DNA from: Clostridium sp.
Lineage (GTDB): Bacteria > Bacillota > Clostridia > Clostridiales > Clostridiaceae
DNA: 64,000 nt
Assembly: GCA_015058405.1 (NCBI GenBank)
Contig: SVCL01000191.1
Coordinates: 19,424-83,423, forward strand
Direction of reading: 5' to 3'
In this document: in pieces, positions 1 to 10,352 of the stretch
How the letters are laid out: each line of letters starts with the position of its first letter
Position numbering within the stretch: position 1 is the stretch's first letter
Notes under the pieces: generated by a model
The model's input: the letters and a program-made list of their open reading frames with translations, nothing else
Told to the model about the DNA's origin: nothing
Databases searched by the model: none
Program-made: the position numbers and the translations under genes

Positions 1-1
1 T

Positions 2-502
2 ATATCTAAATATGTAAAAGTGTCTTTTGAAGAATTAGTTAAAATAGTAGATTATATAGGTGGGGTAGAAGTAGATATAAATAATGATGAAAAAAATATA
101 ATAAATAAAATTTGTAATATAAATATAGATAAGGCTGGAAAAGTTAACTTGAATGGAGAACAATCTTTAGCTTATTCAAGAATAAGATCTATAGATTCAG
201 ATTATAAAAGAACAGAAAGACAAAGAAATCTAATGATATCTATATTGATTAAGGCAAAGAATTTAAGTGCTTTAGATTATCCTAAAATTATATTAGAATT
301 AGCATCTTGTACAGAAACTAATCTTACTACTTTTGAGATTATGAGTTTATCTACTATAATTACAGACATGGATTTAAATAATATAGGTAGATTTAGAATA
401 CCTGTGGATGGTACAACTAGTGATAATACAGATGGTGTTTATCACTTAGATTGGAATGAGGAAATTAATAAAAACGCATTACACGATTATATTTATAATT
501 AA
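2..502 (+). CDS. LCP (LytR-CpsA-Psr) family protein, C-terminal part; 5' end lies outside the window
   Basis: Frame is open from position 2 (ISKYVKVSFEELVKIVDYIGGVEV). Carries LCP motifs LNGEQSLAYSRIR and DSDYKRTERQR. Confidence 0.85.
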   Translation: MSKYVKVSFEELVKIVDYIGGVEVDINNDEKNIINKICNINIDKAGKVNLNGEQSLAYSRIRSIDSDYKRTERQRNLMISILIKAKNLSALDYPKIILELASCTETNLTTFEIMSLSTIITDMDLNNIGRFRIPVDGTTSDNTDGVYHLDWNEEINKNALHDYIYN

Positions 503-573
503 ATTATAATTTAGTATGAAAACTTGTATATTAGGTTAATTATTATTTTGCAAGATTTCATACTTTTTCTATT

Positions 574-1359
574 TTAAAAATCTTTAGAATTAACTTCAAA
601 ATCAACATCAATAAACTTTAAATCAGTATATAAATCTTTATCAGAATAATTAAAGTTAGCCTTTTCAAGAACATTTCTTAAATTTTCACCCATTGGTTTC
701 ATTGAAAGATAAGTTACAGTACCAGAAATTAATCCTCCTACTATAGGAATTGCTTTGGTAATAGAAGAAGCTCCTTTATTAGATAATTTTATACCTAGAA
801 CTTTACTTATATTATTGATAATAGGGGAATATAACTTATTCCAAAGAGGTCTTTGAGGCATTTTTTTTAGTATAGTTTTAGAAAAAGCAGATGTCATTAT
901 CCTTACAGTTTCATTAGCACCAGCTATTCCAAACATTACTCCAATAAAAAGTATAAATCTATCAACTGTTTCTATATCCTCATATCCATCCCATATATCC
1001 TCAAATCCGTAAAGGTAACATAACTTTTGACATAACCTTAGTGAAATTGCAAAAAATTGAATTATATCTGTTGGTATAGTAACAGCTTGAGTAATTCCAC
1101 CTGGAATTCCAAACATAAGTGATGCTGAAGAACTAATAATTGTTTCTTTTTTTATGATCATATTAGAAAGTTTATTTATTTCTTCTTTACTTATATTAGC
1201 TTTTATTGGACCTTCTTTAATAACTAATAGAGTTTTTTCATTAGGATATTCATTTGAAAAAATATTGGTTAAAAATTTTTTTCTATCTATTTTAACTCCA
1301 GGAATTTTTAAAACTTTTAATAATATATTTTTAATATTAATATTTGTATCTTTAGACAT
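574..1359 (-). CDS. Conserved hypothetical protein, EcsC-like
   Basis: 261 aa ORF with Gly/Ala-rich hydrophobic segments (GIPGGITQAVTIPTDIIQFF; KAIPIVGGLISG) typical of EcsC-like proteins. Family assigned from memory. Confidence 0.55.
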   Translation of the reverse strand: MSKDTNINIKNILLKVLKIPGVKIDRKKFLTNIFSNEYPNEKTLLVIKEGPIKANISKEEINKLSNMIIKKETIISSSASLMFGIPGGITQAVTIPTDIIQFFAISLRLCQKLCYLYGFEDIWDGYEDIETVDRFILFIGVMFGIAGANETVRIMTSAFSKTILKKMPQRPLWNKLYSPIINNISKVLGIKLSNKGASSITKAIPIVGGLISGTVTYLSMKPMGENLRNVLEKANFNYSDKDLYTDLKFIDVDFEVNSKDF

Positions 1360-1466
1360 AGTAGACTCCTTATAATTCTTTAGTAAATAATAACATTAAA
1401 GTAGTTTTTGTACAAATTTTTTTAAAAATAGTATATTAAATTCCTTATTTTAAAAATTCATAGTAA

Positions 1467-1870
1467 ATGATGGCATTAGGGATAATTGTTGTAGCATTAA
1501 CAAAACATAGTACTGATACAAATTTTGAAAACGAATCAAGAGTATTACTGGATATATCAGAAGGTTTTACACTAGATGATCCGTATTTTGATAGTATAAC
1601 TGGTAATCTTACATTTACCGTTTATAAATCAGTAAGAAAAAATGGTACAGATTTTGATACAATTGAAGTAACTGGTTGGAAAATTATAATTAAAGAATTA
1701 AAATCTGAACTTAGAAGTACAGAAGTTAAAATATTTACTATTACAGCTTTAGCTACGATAATCTTAGCAGTTTTTTCATTAATTATTCAGAATCAATATT
1801 ACAAGTTACAAACTTATCATCTATTCTAGAAGAAACAGCGGCAGGAACAATGAATAAATTTAAATATTAA
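1467..1870 (+). pseudogene. Internally deleted, frameshifted remnant of a Cache-type methyl-accepting chemotaxis protein
   Basis: Ordered fragments: TM1-like MMALGIIVVALTK; Cache-like DDPYFDSITGNLTFTVYKSV and IEVTGWKIII; TM2-like IFTITALATIILAVFSLII. Then, in another frame (1805-1870), VTNLSSILEETAAGT-MNKFKY*, matching an MCP methylation helix and C-terminus. Confidence 0.65.
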
Positions 1871-1879
1871 TATAATAAG

Positions 1880-1934
1880 GGATGTATCAAGAGGAAGGTT
1901 ATAGAATTATAACGCTAAAAGCTTTGATACATCC
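1880..1934. repeat. Inverted repeat GGATGTATCAA...TTGATACATCC with nested GTTATA/TATAAC hairpin; probable terminator of the MCP relic
   Basis: 11-bp perfect arms at 1880-1890 and 1924-1934; inner hairpin at 1898-1913. Confidence 0.6.
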
Positions 1935-2070
1935 TATTATTATGCCTCTAGGGATTATATGAGGTTTAGGTTAAAGTTTTATAAAATATATATTACTAAG
2001 TTATATGGAATAAATAAACTTTAATGGGAAAATAAAAGAGGAATAGGGAGAAGAAAAGATTTTAATTATC

Positions 2071-2099
2071 TTGACATATCTCTTTAGAAAATTTAAAAT
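2071..2099 (+). promoter_or_regulatory. Sigma-A promoter of helD
   Basis: TTGACA (2071-2076), 17 nt spacer, TAAAAT (2094-2099). AGGAGA RBS precedes the ATG at 2137. Confidence 0.75.
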
Positions 2100-2136
2100 T
2101 TAATGACGATTAAAACTTATGAGTTAAGGAGAAAGT

Positions 2137-4305
2137 ATGTATAAAGGTAAAGAATATATAAACGAAAAAGAAAATCTAGAATTAACCATAGAAGCGATAA
2201 AAGATTTGTTAAGTAAATATACTAATTCTAATGATATTCAAGATAAAGATATAATAAAACATAGAAAGTTTTTATGGGATAACAGAAATGAATTAGATGA
2301 TATAGAGATAAATGAGAACTGTAGTCAAGTAGCACTTAAAGAAAAGATGTTTTCTAAAAATGTAAATAGGATGAGAACATTAGAAAGACAGTTGGGGTCT
2401 CCATATTTTGCGAGACTAGATTTTAAGGAAGATGGAGAGAGAGAAGGGGAAAGCTTTTATATAGGCTTATCTACAGTAGAAGATGAAGAAAATTTTGATT
2501 TTTTAGTATTTGATTGGAGATCACCTGTATCAACTATGTTCTATGATTTTGAAATAGGAAAAGCTTATTATGAAGCTCCAGGAAGAAGAATTACTGGTGA
2601 AATTGAATTTAATAGACAATTTAATATTAAAAATGGTGAAATAGTTTTTATGCATAATGCAAATGAATCTTTATGCGATGAGACACTAGGTTCAATGTTA
2701 GGTGGAAATGCTACTGATAAGATGAAAAATATAGTAGCAACTATTCAAAAAGAACAAAATGCAATAATAAGAAATGAAGATAGTAAGGTTCTATTTATTC
2801 AAGGTGCAGCAGGATCTGGAAAAACTTCTATAGCTCTTCATAGAGCAGCATATATTCTTTATAAACATAGAAAAGATTTAAAGGCAGATAATATTTTGAT
2901 TTTCAGTCCCAATAAAGTTTTTGCGGAATATATTTCAGATGTATTACCAGAGCTTGGAGAAACAGAAATATTACAAACTACTTTTGAAATGTATTCAAGA
3001 AACTTTTTACCTCAAAATCATATATATGAAAATAAAGTTCAGCATTTAGATTTTATATATTCAACAGATAAAAATTCTAAGGAATATAAGATAAGAGCTA
3101 AGGCGATGGAATATAAAAATTCTAAGGAATTTACTGAGGTATTAAATAAGTTTTCTAAGGATATACCAAGACTTATAACAAACATAAAACCTATATTTAT
3201 AGATGGAAAAGAAGTTATTAAAAGAAAAGCTGTAGAAAAAACATTTTTAGAAAGATTTAATAATATACCATTTTTAAATAGGATAGATGTAATAAAACAA
3301 AGCATATTTTCACAAGTAGAAACTAGATATCTATCTGATAATGATGATTTTGATTATGTAGAAGATAAAAAAAGTTTTTATGACTATTGTAATGAAACAG
3401 TTATAGAACAAGTGGATTCTATGGTTAAAACATTAGATAATGTAGAAGTTTATAAGTTGTTATGGAGTAATATACAAAGATATACTGATGCTGATTTAGA
3501 AGAAATTAAAGAATTCACATTGGATTATCTAAATCTTGGAGAAGTTAAATATGAAGATATAACTCCAATTATATATATAAGAGCTACTATGGAGGGCTTT
3601 AGAAATTATAGTAATATAAAGCATGTTCTTATTGATGAAGCACAAGATTATAGTCCTCTATTTTATGAAATAATAAAGAAATCTTTTAAAGGTTCTGCAA
3701 TTACAATAATGGGAGATTTAAATCAAAGAATTGATAAACATTCAAATGTTAAAGAAAAGTCAGGAATAACAGAAATATTTGATGATGTAAAAGTAGCTGT
3801 GTTAAAGAAAAGTTATAGATCAACAGCTGATATAACTAATTTTGCTAAAGAAATATTAAAAGATGGCGAGCCTATTGAAGCTGTAGAAAGACATGGTGAT
3901 AAGCCAAGTATTTATATGGTAAAGGAAAAAAGAGAAGATAAAATACTTGAAATTATTAAAAATATGAAAAGTAAAGAATTTAAGTCTATAGCAATAATAT
4001 GTAAAACCAAAGAAAATGTAAGAGAAGTATATAATAAGCTAAAAGTTTTAGATGAGGATGTTAATTTAATAGATAGTGATGAATCTGAATTTAAAACCGG
4101 AGTTAATGTAATTGTTTCTTATATTGCTAAAGGGCTAGAATTTGATGGAGTTATAATAGCAGATGGTGAAAGTTATATAGAAGATTTAGATGAAAATCTA
4201 TTCTATACAGTATCTACTAGAGCATTACATGAGTTGCATATTCTTACGGATAGAAATTTAAATGATATTTTACCTAAAGATAATAATTTGTATACAATTA
4301 AATAA
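2137..4305 (+). CDS. helD: HelD, RNA polymerase recycling SF1 helicase-like ATPase
   Basis: N-terminal SPYFARLDF and DWRSPVSTMFY motifs, Walker A GAAGSGKT, Walker B DEAQD, YRST, KGLEFD, YTVSTRA; 722 aa. Confidence 0.9.
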   Translation: MYKGKEYINEKENLELTIEAIKDLLSKYTNSNDIQDKDIIKHRKFLWDNRNELDDIEINENCSQVALKEKMFSKNVNRMRTLERQLGSPYFARLDFKEDGEREGESFYIGLSTVEDEENFDFLVFDWRSPVSTMFYDFEIGKAYYEAPGRRITGEIEFNRQFNIKNGEIVFMHNANESLCDETLGSMLGGNATDKMKNIVATIQKEQNAIIRNEDSKVLFIQGAAGSGKTSIALHRAAYILYKHRKDLKADNILIFSPNKVFAEYISDVLPELGETEILQTTFEMYSRNFLPQNHIYENKVQHLDFIYSTDKNSKEYKIRAKAMEYKNSKEFTEVLNKFSKDIPRLITNIKPIFIDGKEVIKRKAVEKTFLERFNNIPFLNRIDVIKQSIFSQVETRYLSDNDDFDYVEDKKSFYDYCNETVIEQVDSMVKTLDNVEVYKLLWSNIQRYTDADLEEIKEFTLDYLNLGEVKYEDITPIIYIRATMEGFRNYSNIKHVLIDEAQDYSPLFYEIIKKSFKGSAITIMGDLNQRIDKHSNVKEKSGITEIFDDVKVAVLKKSYRSTADITNFAKEILKDGEPIEAVERHGDKPSIYMVKEKREDKILEIIKNMKSKEFKSIAIICKTKENVREVYNKLKVLDEDVNLIDSDESEFKTGVNVIVSYIAKGLEFDGVIIADGESYIEDLDENLFYTVSTRALHELHILTDRNLNDILPKDNNLYTIK

Positions 4306-4312
4306 AAAATGA

Positions 4313-4356
4313 AAAAATACTAAGACGTATTTAGTTAAGTACGTCTTAGTATTTTT
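4313..4356. terminator. Bidirectional intrinsic terminator between helD and the desaturase gene
   Basis: 17-bp perfect inverted repeat AAAAATACTAAGACGTA / TACGTCTTAGTATTTTT between convergent genes. Confidence 0.85.
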
Positions 4357-5851
4357 ATAATCCAAAGTCTTTAAGTATCTTTTCAGAGCATATTTTGGAT
4401 GATTTCAATACCATAGACACTCCATTACCTGGATGTATCGAAGCTCCGGTAAAATATAAGTTCTTTACTTTAGGAATAGCACACTGAGGTCTAAATAATA
4501 AACTTTCATTAAGACTGTGGCTTAGACCAAATGCACAACCTCCAAAAGTATCAAATCTATCTCTTAAATCTAAAGGAGTAATACAAGAATCAAATATAAT
4601 ATGATCCTCTATGTCATAAAGACCATCAATACTAGATAATATAGATAAAATTTGTTTCTTTATCTTTTCTGACTTTTTACTAGTCCAATTAACTTTATTA
4701 TTTATAAGATTTGGTACTCGCACTGTTACATTTATTATTTCACAGTTTTCTGGACATACACTATTATCTATAGAACTAGGACAATAAATATATAGTGAAG
4801 GCTCCTTGGATAAAAAGCCTTTAAAAGGTGCTTGAATATTTTTTTTGAAGTTTTTGTTTATATATATATTATGCACCTTTAAATTAGGATATTTTTTATC
4901 TAAAGCTAAATATAAAATAAAAGCAGAACAAGAATACTTTAAGTTGTCTACAGGTTTAATTAATTGTTTAATAGATGGTTCTTTTATAAGGTTTGTAATT
5001 GTATTTGTATAATCACTATTACAAATAATTAAGTCTGCTAACTCTTTTTTTCCATTTATCATAACACCAATAGCCTTATTTTTTGAAAATAATATTTCAT
5101 TAACTTGAGTAAGAGGATATATTTTGCCGCCTTTCTCTAAAATTAACCTTTCTAAGGCTTTTATATATGAATACATACCACCTTTTATATAGTATAGTCC
5201 CTCCATTTGTGAAGCAGCAGGTATTAAATTATATATACTTGGTGAATGATAAGGGGACATACCTATATACATTGTTTGGAACATGAGATATTCAAATAAT
5301 TTTTCGTTTTGTATAAATTTTTTGCAGTCATGAGCACTTGAATGTAGTGTATTTAACCCTAAAGTAGTATATAAAGTAGAAGGATTTAATAAATTTCTAG
5401 ACTTTAAAAAATTTTTACTTAATAAATTTTTATTAGTAAATAGATATTTTTCATAGTTACTTGCTAAAAAGTTGAAGTAACCAGCTTTATTTTTGATATC
5501 ACCTTTAGTAATAACATCAACTGTAGATGTTAATGAAGAGAGATCATTAAAAAAATCATAATATGTATTATCATCAAAAAAACATCTATATGTAGGAGAA
5601 AGGGGCAAAAAAGTAAAATATTCTTTGTAGTCTTTTCCACAGTCTGAGAAAACATCTATATAATCTTTATAAATCATAGTGATAGTTGCAGTTAGATCAA
5701 ATTTAAAACTACCACTTTTCAAAATATTAGTTTTACCACCTATAGTTAAATTTTTTTCTAATACTTTTACGTTAAAACCCTTTGAACACAGTCTTGCAGC
5801 TATGGATAAACCACCAAGGCCTGCTCCAATGATAATTGCTTTTTTAGTCAT
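4355..5851 (-). CDS. Phytoene/dehydrosqualene desaturase family (CrtI/CrtN-like) FAD oxidoreductase
   Basis: N-terminal FAD motif IIIGAGLGGLSIAARL, YYIKGGMYS, C-terminal LYFTGASIHPGNGVSMV; 498 aa. Confidence 0.85.
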   Translation of the reverse strand: MTKKAIIIGAGLGGLSIAARLCSKGFNVKVLEKNLTIGGKTNILKSGSFKFDLTATITMIYKDYIDVFSDCGKDYKEYFTFLPLSPTYRCFFDDNTYYDFFNDLSSLTSTVDVITKGDIKNKAGYFNFLASNYEKYLFTNKNLLSKNFLKSRNLLNPSTLYTTLGLNTLHSSAHDCKKFIQNEKLFEYLMFQTMYIGMSPYHSPSIYNLIPAASQMEGLYYIKGGMYSYIKALERLILEKGGKIYPLTQVNEILFSKNKAIGVMINGKKELADLIICNSDYTNTITNLIKEPSIKQLIKPVDNLKYSCSAFILYLALDKKYPNLKVHNIYINKNFKKNIQAPFKGFLSKEPSLYIYCPSSIDNSVCPENCEIINVTVRVPNLINNKVNWTSKKSEKIKKQILSILSSIDGLYDIEDHIIFDSCITPLDLRDRFDTFGGCAFGLSHSLNESLLFRPQCAIPKVKNLYFTGASIHPGNGVSMVLKSSKICSEKILKDFGL

Positions 5852-5993
5852 ATTAACACCAACCTAAAATCACCAAGTTATTTTTAATTAAAATTATTGA
5901 CATAAAATTTATATTTAATACAAGGAAAAAATAAAAGTTTAAAAAGTACAAGCAAAGTATGGTATTATGTATAAAAGGAAGGGGAGTGCTAAT

Positions 5994-6560
5994 ATGGAAG
6001 ATATGGGGTATGATGAAATACTAAAGGATAATACGCGACTTGAAAGTAAAAATATAATATTAAGACCGTTTTCTATAGAGGATAGGGAAGATGTATTAGA
6101 ATATGGAAAAGATGAAAAGGTAACTAAGTATTTAACTTGGAACTCATTTTATACCATAGAAGATGCAGAAAATACAATAGAAAAATATTATAAAAATAAA
6201 TTAAATGCATACGCTATTGAATTAAGATGTTTAAAAAAGTGTATAGGATGTATTGAGATAAGAGTTGATGCTAAAAATAATAAAGCAACTTTTGGATACT
6301 TATTAAATTCAAAGTATTGGGGAAGAGGAATAATGACTGAAGCTTTAATGGCTGTATTAGATTTAGCTTTTAATAAATTAAATTTAAATAGGGTAGAAGG
6401 ATGTCATTATGTTGGAAATGAAGGTTCCGGAAAGGTTATGAAAAAGTGTATGATGAAATATGAAGGAACTGCATTGGAAGAAGTTTTTATAAAAGAAAGA
6501 TATTATGATGTTGTTCATTATGGAATAACTAGAAAGCAGTACAAAGAAATCTATGGCTAA
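5994..6560 (+). CDS. GNAT N-acetyltransferase, RimJ/RimL type (start probably 5994; ORF track gives 5967)
   Basis: LILRPF, FGYLLNSKYWGRGIMTEAL and NEGSGKVMKKCMMKYEG motifs; AAGGGGAG RBS upstream of ATG 5994. Confidence 0.85.
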   Translation: MEDMGYDEILKDNTRLESKNIILRPFSIEDREDVLEYGKDEKVTKYLTWNSFYTIEDAENTIEKYYKNKLNAYAIELRCLKKCIGCIEIRVDAKNNKATFGYLLNSKYWGRGIMTEALMAVLDLAFNKLNLNRVEGCHYVGNEGSGKVMKKCMMKYEGTALEEVFIKERYYDVVHYGITRKQYKEIYG

Positions 6561-6627
6561 TAGTAATTTTTTATGCTATCATGAGGTTATTGTTAAGGTA
6601 TAAAGAAATAAGAAAATAGGTGAAATA

Positions 6628-7590
6628 ATGAAAAGTAGGAAATTAACAGAAGCAGCAATGCTATCAGCTTTATTTGTAGTAATTAGTATAATTGCTATAG
6701 GGACAGGAATAGCTTATTCTTTATATTTAGATATGGTAGTACCAATACTTTTAGCATTAATATATTTTAAGTGTGATTTAAAATATACTATTTTATCAGC
6801 AGGAACATCTTTAATTATTGTTATGTTAATATACGGAAATGTAGCTTCGGGATTATATATGATTCAAAGTATGCTCATGGGGATTGTATGTGGTGTTCTT
6901 ATAAAAAAAGATACTACAATACTAGATGATTTGTTTTATTGTGGGCTTTTTGGATGTATAGTTATGATTTTGATAGATATATATTTTTCAGGAATATTAG
7001 GATATAGTTTTATTAAGGAAGCTGAAGGATATTTAGAGTATATTCCTTATAATGAAGAAATGAAGAAAGTAGTATTTTATATTTCTGTAGCTGCTATTCC
7101 TCTTGGTACAATATTTATAACATACTTTGTATCACTGATTTTGGGAAAAAAGTTAAAAATATTAGATAAAGTTGGTATGAAAAAGTTCACTCTGATTAAA
7201 AACTTTAGAAAGTTTGGAAATTTGATATGTTGTTCTAATAAAACAACTAACATAGGGATAGGGTATTTGTTAATAATTGCTATATTAAGAATGGCTGGTG
7301 TTTTAGAGTTCCATAAATATTTTGAAATTTTATTTACATCTATGGAGTATACTGTATTGTACTTTCTAATAAGTGATTCATTTAAATTTGTACCAAAAGA
7401 TATTTATAAAAGAACAAAGTCAAGGTTAGCTTTCTTTGTTTCAGAAGTTATAATACTATTTTTATTAGTTAATCAATTTAGAATAACAACCAGTATATTA
7501 ATATTATACAGCTATATAGTTAATAAAAAATATGATATACGAAATACACAAATTAAAATGATAAATAATAATATAATTAAATACATTTGA
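6628..7590 (+). CDS. DUF2232/YybS-like integral membrane protein
   Basis: N-terminus MKSRKLTEAAMLSALFVVI typical of the family; many hydrophobic helices. Confidence 0.65.
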   Translation: MKSRKLTEAAMLSALFVVISIIAIGTGIAYSLYLDMVVPILLALIYFKCDLKYTILSAGTSLIIVMLIYGNVASGLYMIQSMLMGIVCGVLIKKDTTILDDLFYCGLFGCIVMILIDIYFSGILGYSFIKEAEGYLEYIPYNEEMKKVVFYISVAAIPLGTIFITYFVSLILGKKLKILDKVGMKKFTLIKNFRKFGNLICCSNKTTNIGIGYLLIIAILRMAGVLEFHKYFEILFTSMEYTVLYFLISDSFKFVPKDIYKRTKSRLAFFVSEVIILFLLVNQFRITTSILILYSYIVNKKYDIRNTQIKMINNNIIKYI

Positions 7591-7597
7591 TTGTGAT

Positions 7598-7659
7598 TTA
7601 GGGAATTGTAATAGGGCAAAAGTTTGTTAATAGATTTTGCTTATATTACAGTTCCCTAA
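7598..7659. terminator. Long hairpin, bidirectional terminator between the DUF2232 gene and glgB
   Basis: TTAGGGAATTGTAATA pairs with TATTACAGTTCCCTAA (one G-U), with an inner GGCAAAA/TTTTGCT stem. Confidence 0.75.
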
Positions 7660-7663
7660 GTTT

Positions 7664-9508
7664 TTAATTATTATACAATTGGTTAACTTTTAACACACAG
7701 CTTCCAAGAGGAGCAAGATTTACTTTAAAGGAGTAAGGCATATTATTACAAGGTATATTTTCAATAGTTATTGCAGTAGGATTTGTATATCCAGAGCCAC
7801 TATAAATACTATCTTCACTATTAATAAGTTCGGTTAAGAAGCCAGTTACATCGATTCCAAATCTAAATTGTTCATATTTTTTATTAGACATATTAAGAAT
7901 TACTACAACTTCAGAATCACCTGCATACCTGATGTAAGAGTATAGACAATCTGTTCTATTATCTGCATCTATCCACTTAAAGCCTTCTTCTGAATAGTCT
8001 TTTTTATGAAGAGCAGGTATATCAAAATATAGTATATTTAAATCTTTAAAAAATCTTTTGAAGGAATCATGAATAGGATAATCTAATAAAAACCAATCGT
8101 TTTCTTTCTTTTCATCCCATTCTCTAAAGTGCGCAAGTTCATTTCCCATAAAGTTAAGTTTTTTACCAGGATGAGTAAACATATAAGTATATAAAGTTCT
8201 ACATTCAGAAAATTTTTCTTCATATGTTCCCCATAATTTATCTATTATAGTTTTCTTTCCGTGTACTACTTCATCATGAGATAAAGAAAGTATAAAGTTT
8301 TCATAATAAAAATAGCTCATAGAAAAGTTTATTAAGTTATGATTATACCATCTGTCTCCAGGAGGTGTTGCAAAGTAGTTTAGGGTATCATGCATCCATC
8401 CAAGATCCCATTTATAATCAAATCCAAGACCTCCATATTCCGTAGGAGCAGTAACTTTAGGATAATTGCTAGAGTCTTCTGCAATAAGCATAACAGAAGG
8501 AAACATATCATTTAGGCCACTATTCATTTTTCTTAAAAAATCAACGCCTCCTATATTAACACCTCTGTTTGAGTTACCTTGCCAGTATATGGCGTTAGAT
8601 ATAGCGTCCATTCTTAAACCATCTATGTGATATACATCTAACCAAAAAGCAGCAGCACTCATTAAAAAACTAATAACAGTAGGATTATAGTAGTTAAAGT
8701 TGCAGGAACCCCATTGATTATTAGCGATATCGGTGTATTCATATTCATAAAGATTAGAACCATCAAATTTAGCTAAGGAGAAGTTATCACGCACAAAGTG
8801 TACAGGAACGAAGTCAAGGATGACTCCAATGTTATTATTGTGACATTTGTTAATGAAAGACATTAGTGATTTTACGCTGCCATATCTTGAGCTTGGACTA
8901 AAGTATCCGGAACTTTGATAGCCCCAAGAACCATCAAAAGGATGTTCGGTAATTGGTAAAAGCTCTATATGAGTAAATTTATTTTTAAGAACATATTCTA
9001 TAAGTTCATCAGATATTTCGTCATAAGAATAAAAGTCTTCAGGATTTCTTTTTTTCCAAGAGCCAAGATGTAATTCATAGATACTAACAGGAACTTCATA
9101 ATTTTTAGATCTATTTTTCATCCAACTATAATCACTAAATATAGAATTGTCAATGTTAGTAATGATAGAAGCTGTATTTGGTCTTAATTCACTAAAAAAA
9201 GCAAAGGGATCTGATTTGTCACATATAACATCATTACATTGATGAACTCTGTATTTATACATCATACCTTCTTTAGCCTCTGGAATAAATAAAGAGTAAG
9301 TTCCATTATAATCAATATTTATCATATTATGAGTACTACCGTCCCAATTGTTAAACTCTCCAATAACTTGTATACCTTTTGCTTTAGGAGCGTATACAGT
9401 AAAACGAATTCCATCTACACCGTTTTCACTTACCTTATGAGCTCCAAAATATTTATATGCTGAAAAACAATTTCCTGAATAAAAATTATTAAGTAGTTGG
9501 TTATACAT
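7664..9508 (-). CDS. glgB: 1,4-alpha-glucan branching enzyme (GH13), short form
   Basis: IYELHLGSW, EHPFDGSWGYQ, DGLRMDA, IAEDS, KWDLGWMHD and LSHDEVVHGK motifs. Confidence 0.95.
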   Translation of the reverse strand: MYNQLLNNFYSGNCFSAYKYFGAHKVSENGVDGIRFTVYAPKAKGIQVIGEFNNWDGSTHNMINIDYNGTYSLFIPEAKEGMMYKYRVHQCNDVICDKSDPFAFFSELRPNTASIITNIDNSIFSDYSWMKNRSKNYEVPVSIYELHLGSWKKRNPEDFYSYDEISDELIEYVLKNKFTHIELLPITEHPFDGSWGYQSSGYFSPSSRYGSVKSLMSFINKCHNNNIGVILDFVPVHFVRDNFSLAKFDGSNLYEYEYTDIANNQWGSCNFNYYNPTVISFLMSAAAFWLDVYHIDGLRMDAISNAIYWQGNSNRGVNIGGVDFLRKMNSGLNDMFPSVMLIAEDSSNYPKVTAPTEYGGLGFDYKWDLGWMHDTLNYFATPPGDRWYNHNLINFSMSYFYYENFILSLSHDEVVHGKKTIIDKLWGTYEEKFSECRTLYTYMFTHPGKKLNFMGNELAHFREWDEKKENDWFLLDYPIHDSFKRFFKDLNILYFDIPALHKKDYSEEGFKWIDADNRTDCLYSYIRYAGDSEVVVILNMSNKKYEQFRFGIDVTGFLTELINSEDSIYSGSGYTNPTAITIENIPCNNMPYSFKVNLAPLGSCVLKVNQLYNN

Positions 9509-9661
9509 AAAAATACCTCGCTTTCAAACTGACTAGTTCAATTATAAATAAATTTACAATAAATGTAAAATACATTTTGAAGAAATTTATTTTTTATAAG
9601 AAATAATAAATAGTACATATTACATATATATTAAAATGAGAAGTAATAAATTTATATACAA

Positions 9662-9702
9662 AAAAGCTTAATAGCATTTAGAAAAATAACTATTAAGCTT
9701 TT
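9662..9702 (-). terminator. Probable terminator of the radical SAM-LysE operon
   Basis: 13-bp inverted repeat AAAAGCTTAATAG / CTATTAAGCTTTT just past the LysE stop codon. Confidence 0.7.
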
Positions 9703-9713
9703 GGTATAACTTT

Positions 9714-10331
9714 TTATAAAATTTTTAGTATAAAATCATAGCCTAGTTTTAAACCATAAAATAGTATTATAAGACCACATAATATATTTATAAATTTTAA
9801 TACCTTATTATTAAATTTATTTTTGGTTATAGATACTATTCCAGATAAAACATTAAACCATAAAAATGATGCTAGTGCAACTCCTATTATAAAAAAGTAA
9901 GAGGTTTCATTTTCTAATGAAGCACGTATTCCGCCTAAAAGTAGGGTACCATCTATTATTGCCTGAGGGTTTAACCAAGTTACAGCAAAACATTTGAGTA
10001 TTACTTTGGAAAAAGATTCATTTTCAATATTATTTTTAAATGTATCAGGAGTAGATCTTATTAAAGATATTGCTATATATATAATTACTATAGAGCCTAT
10101 TCCCATTAATATATTACCTAACATGTTAAATTTAGTTAAAAGAAATCCTACACCAAAGAAACATGATAATGCTAGGGATATATCAAAAAATACTGTTGTC
10201 ATTGCTGTGCGTAGTGCTTCAAGTTTACTTTTATATAGGGCAGAATTAATTACAAATAGATTTTGTACCCCAATCGGTGCCACATAAGCTAGTCCAAATA
10301 GTAAACCTTGAAATAAGTATTTAATTTTCAT
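9714..10331 (-). CDS. LysE/ArgO family amino-acid exporter
   Basis: LAYVAPIGVQNLFVINSAL and VTWLNPQAIIDGTLLLG motifs; about 6 TM helices; AAGGAGA RBS. Confidence 0.9.
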   Translation of the reverse strand: MKIKYLFQGLLFGLAYVAPIGVQNLFVINSALYKSKLEALRTAMTTVFFDISLALSCFFGVGFLLTKFNMLGNILMGIGSIVIIYIAISLIRSTPDTFKNNIENESFSKVILKCFAVTWLNPQAIIDGTLLLGGIRASLENETSYFFIIGVALASFLWFNVLSGIVSITKNKFNNKVLKFINILCGLIILFYGLKLGYDFILKIL

Positions 10332-10352
10332 AATTATATCTCCTTAAGTATT

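Noticed and set aside
3070-3130. Repeated AAAAATTCTAAGGAAT within helD
   Set aside because: Short in-frame coding repeat (KNSKE twice) with no sign of a regulatory or mobile role.
5897-5925. TTGACA upstream of the GNAT gene as a sigma-A promoter
   Set aside because: No acceptable -10 hexamer at 16-18 nt spacing.
9553-9569. Palindrome TTTACA-ATAAA-TGTAAA upstream of glgB as a CcpA/cre site
   Set aside because: Half-site order and spacing do not match cre, and such palindromes are expected by chance in AT-rich DNA.
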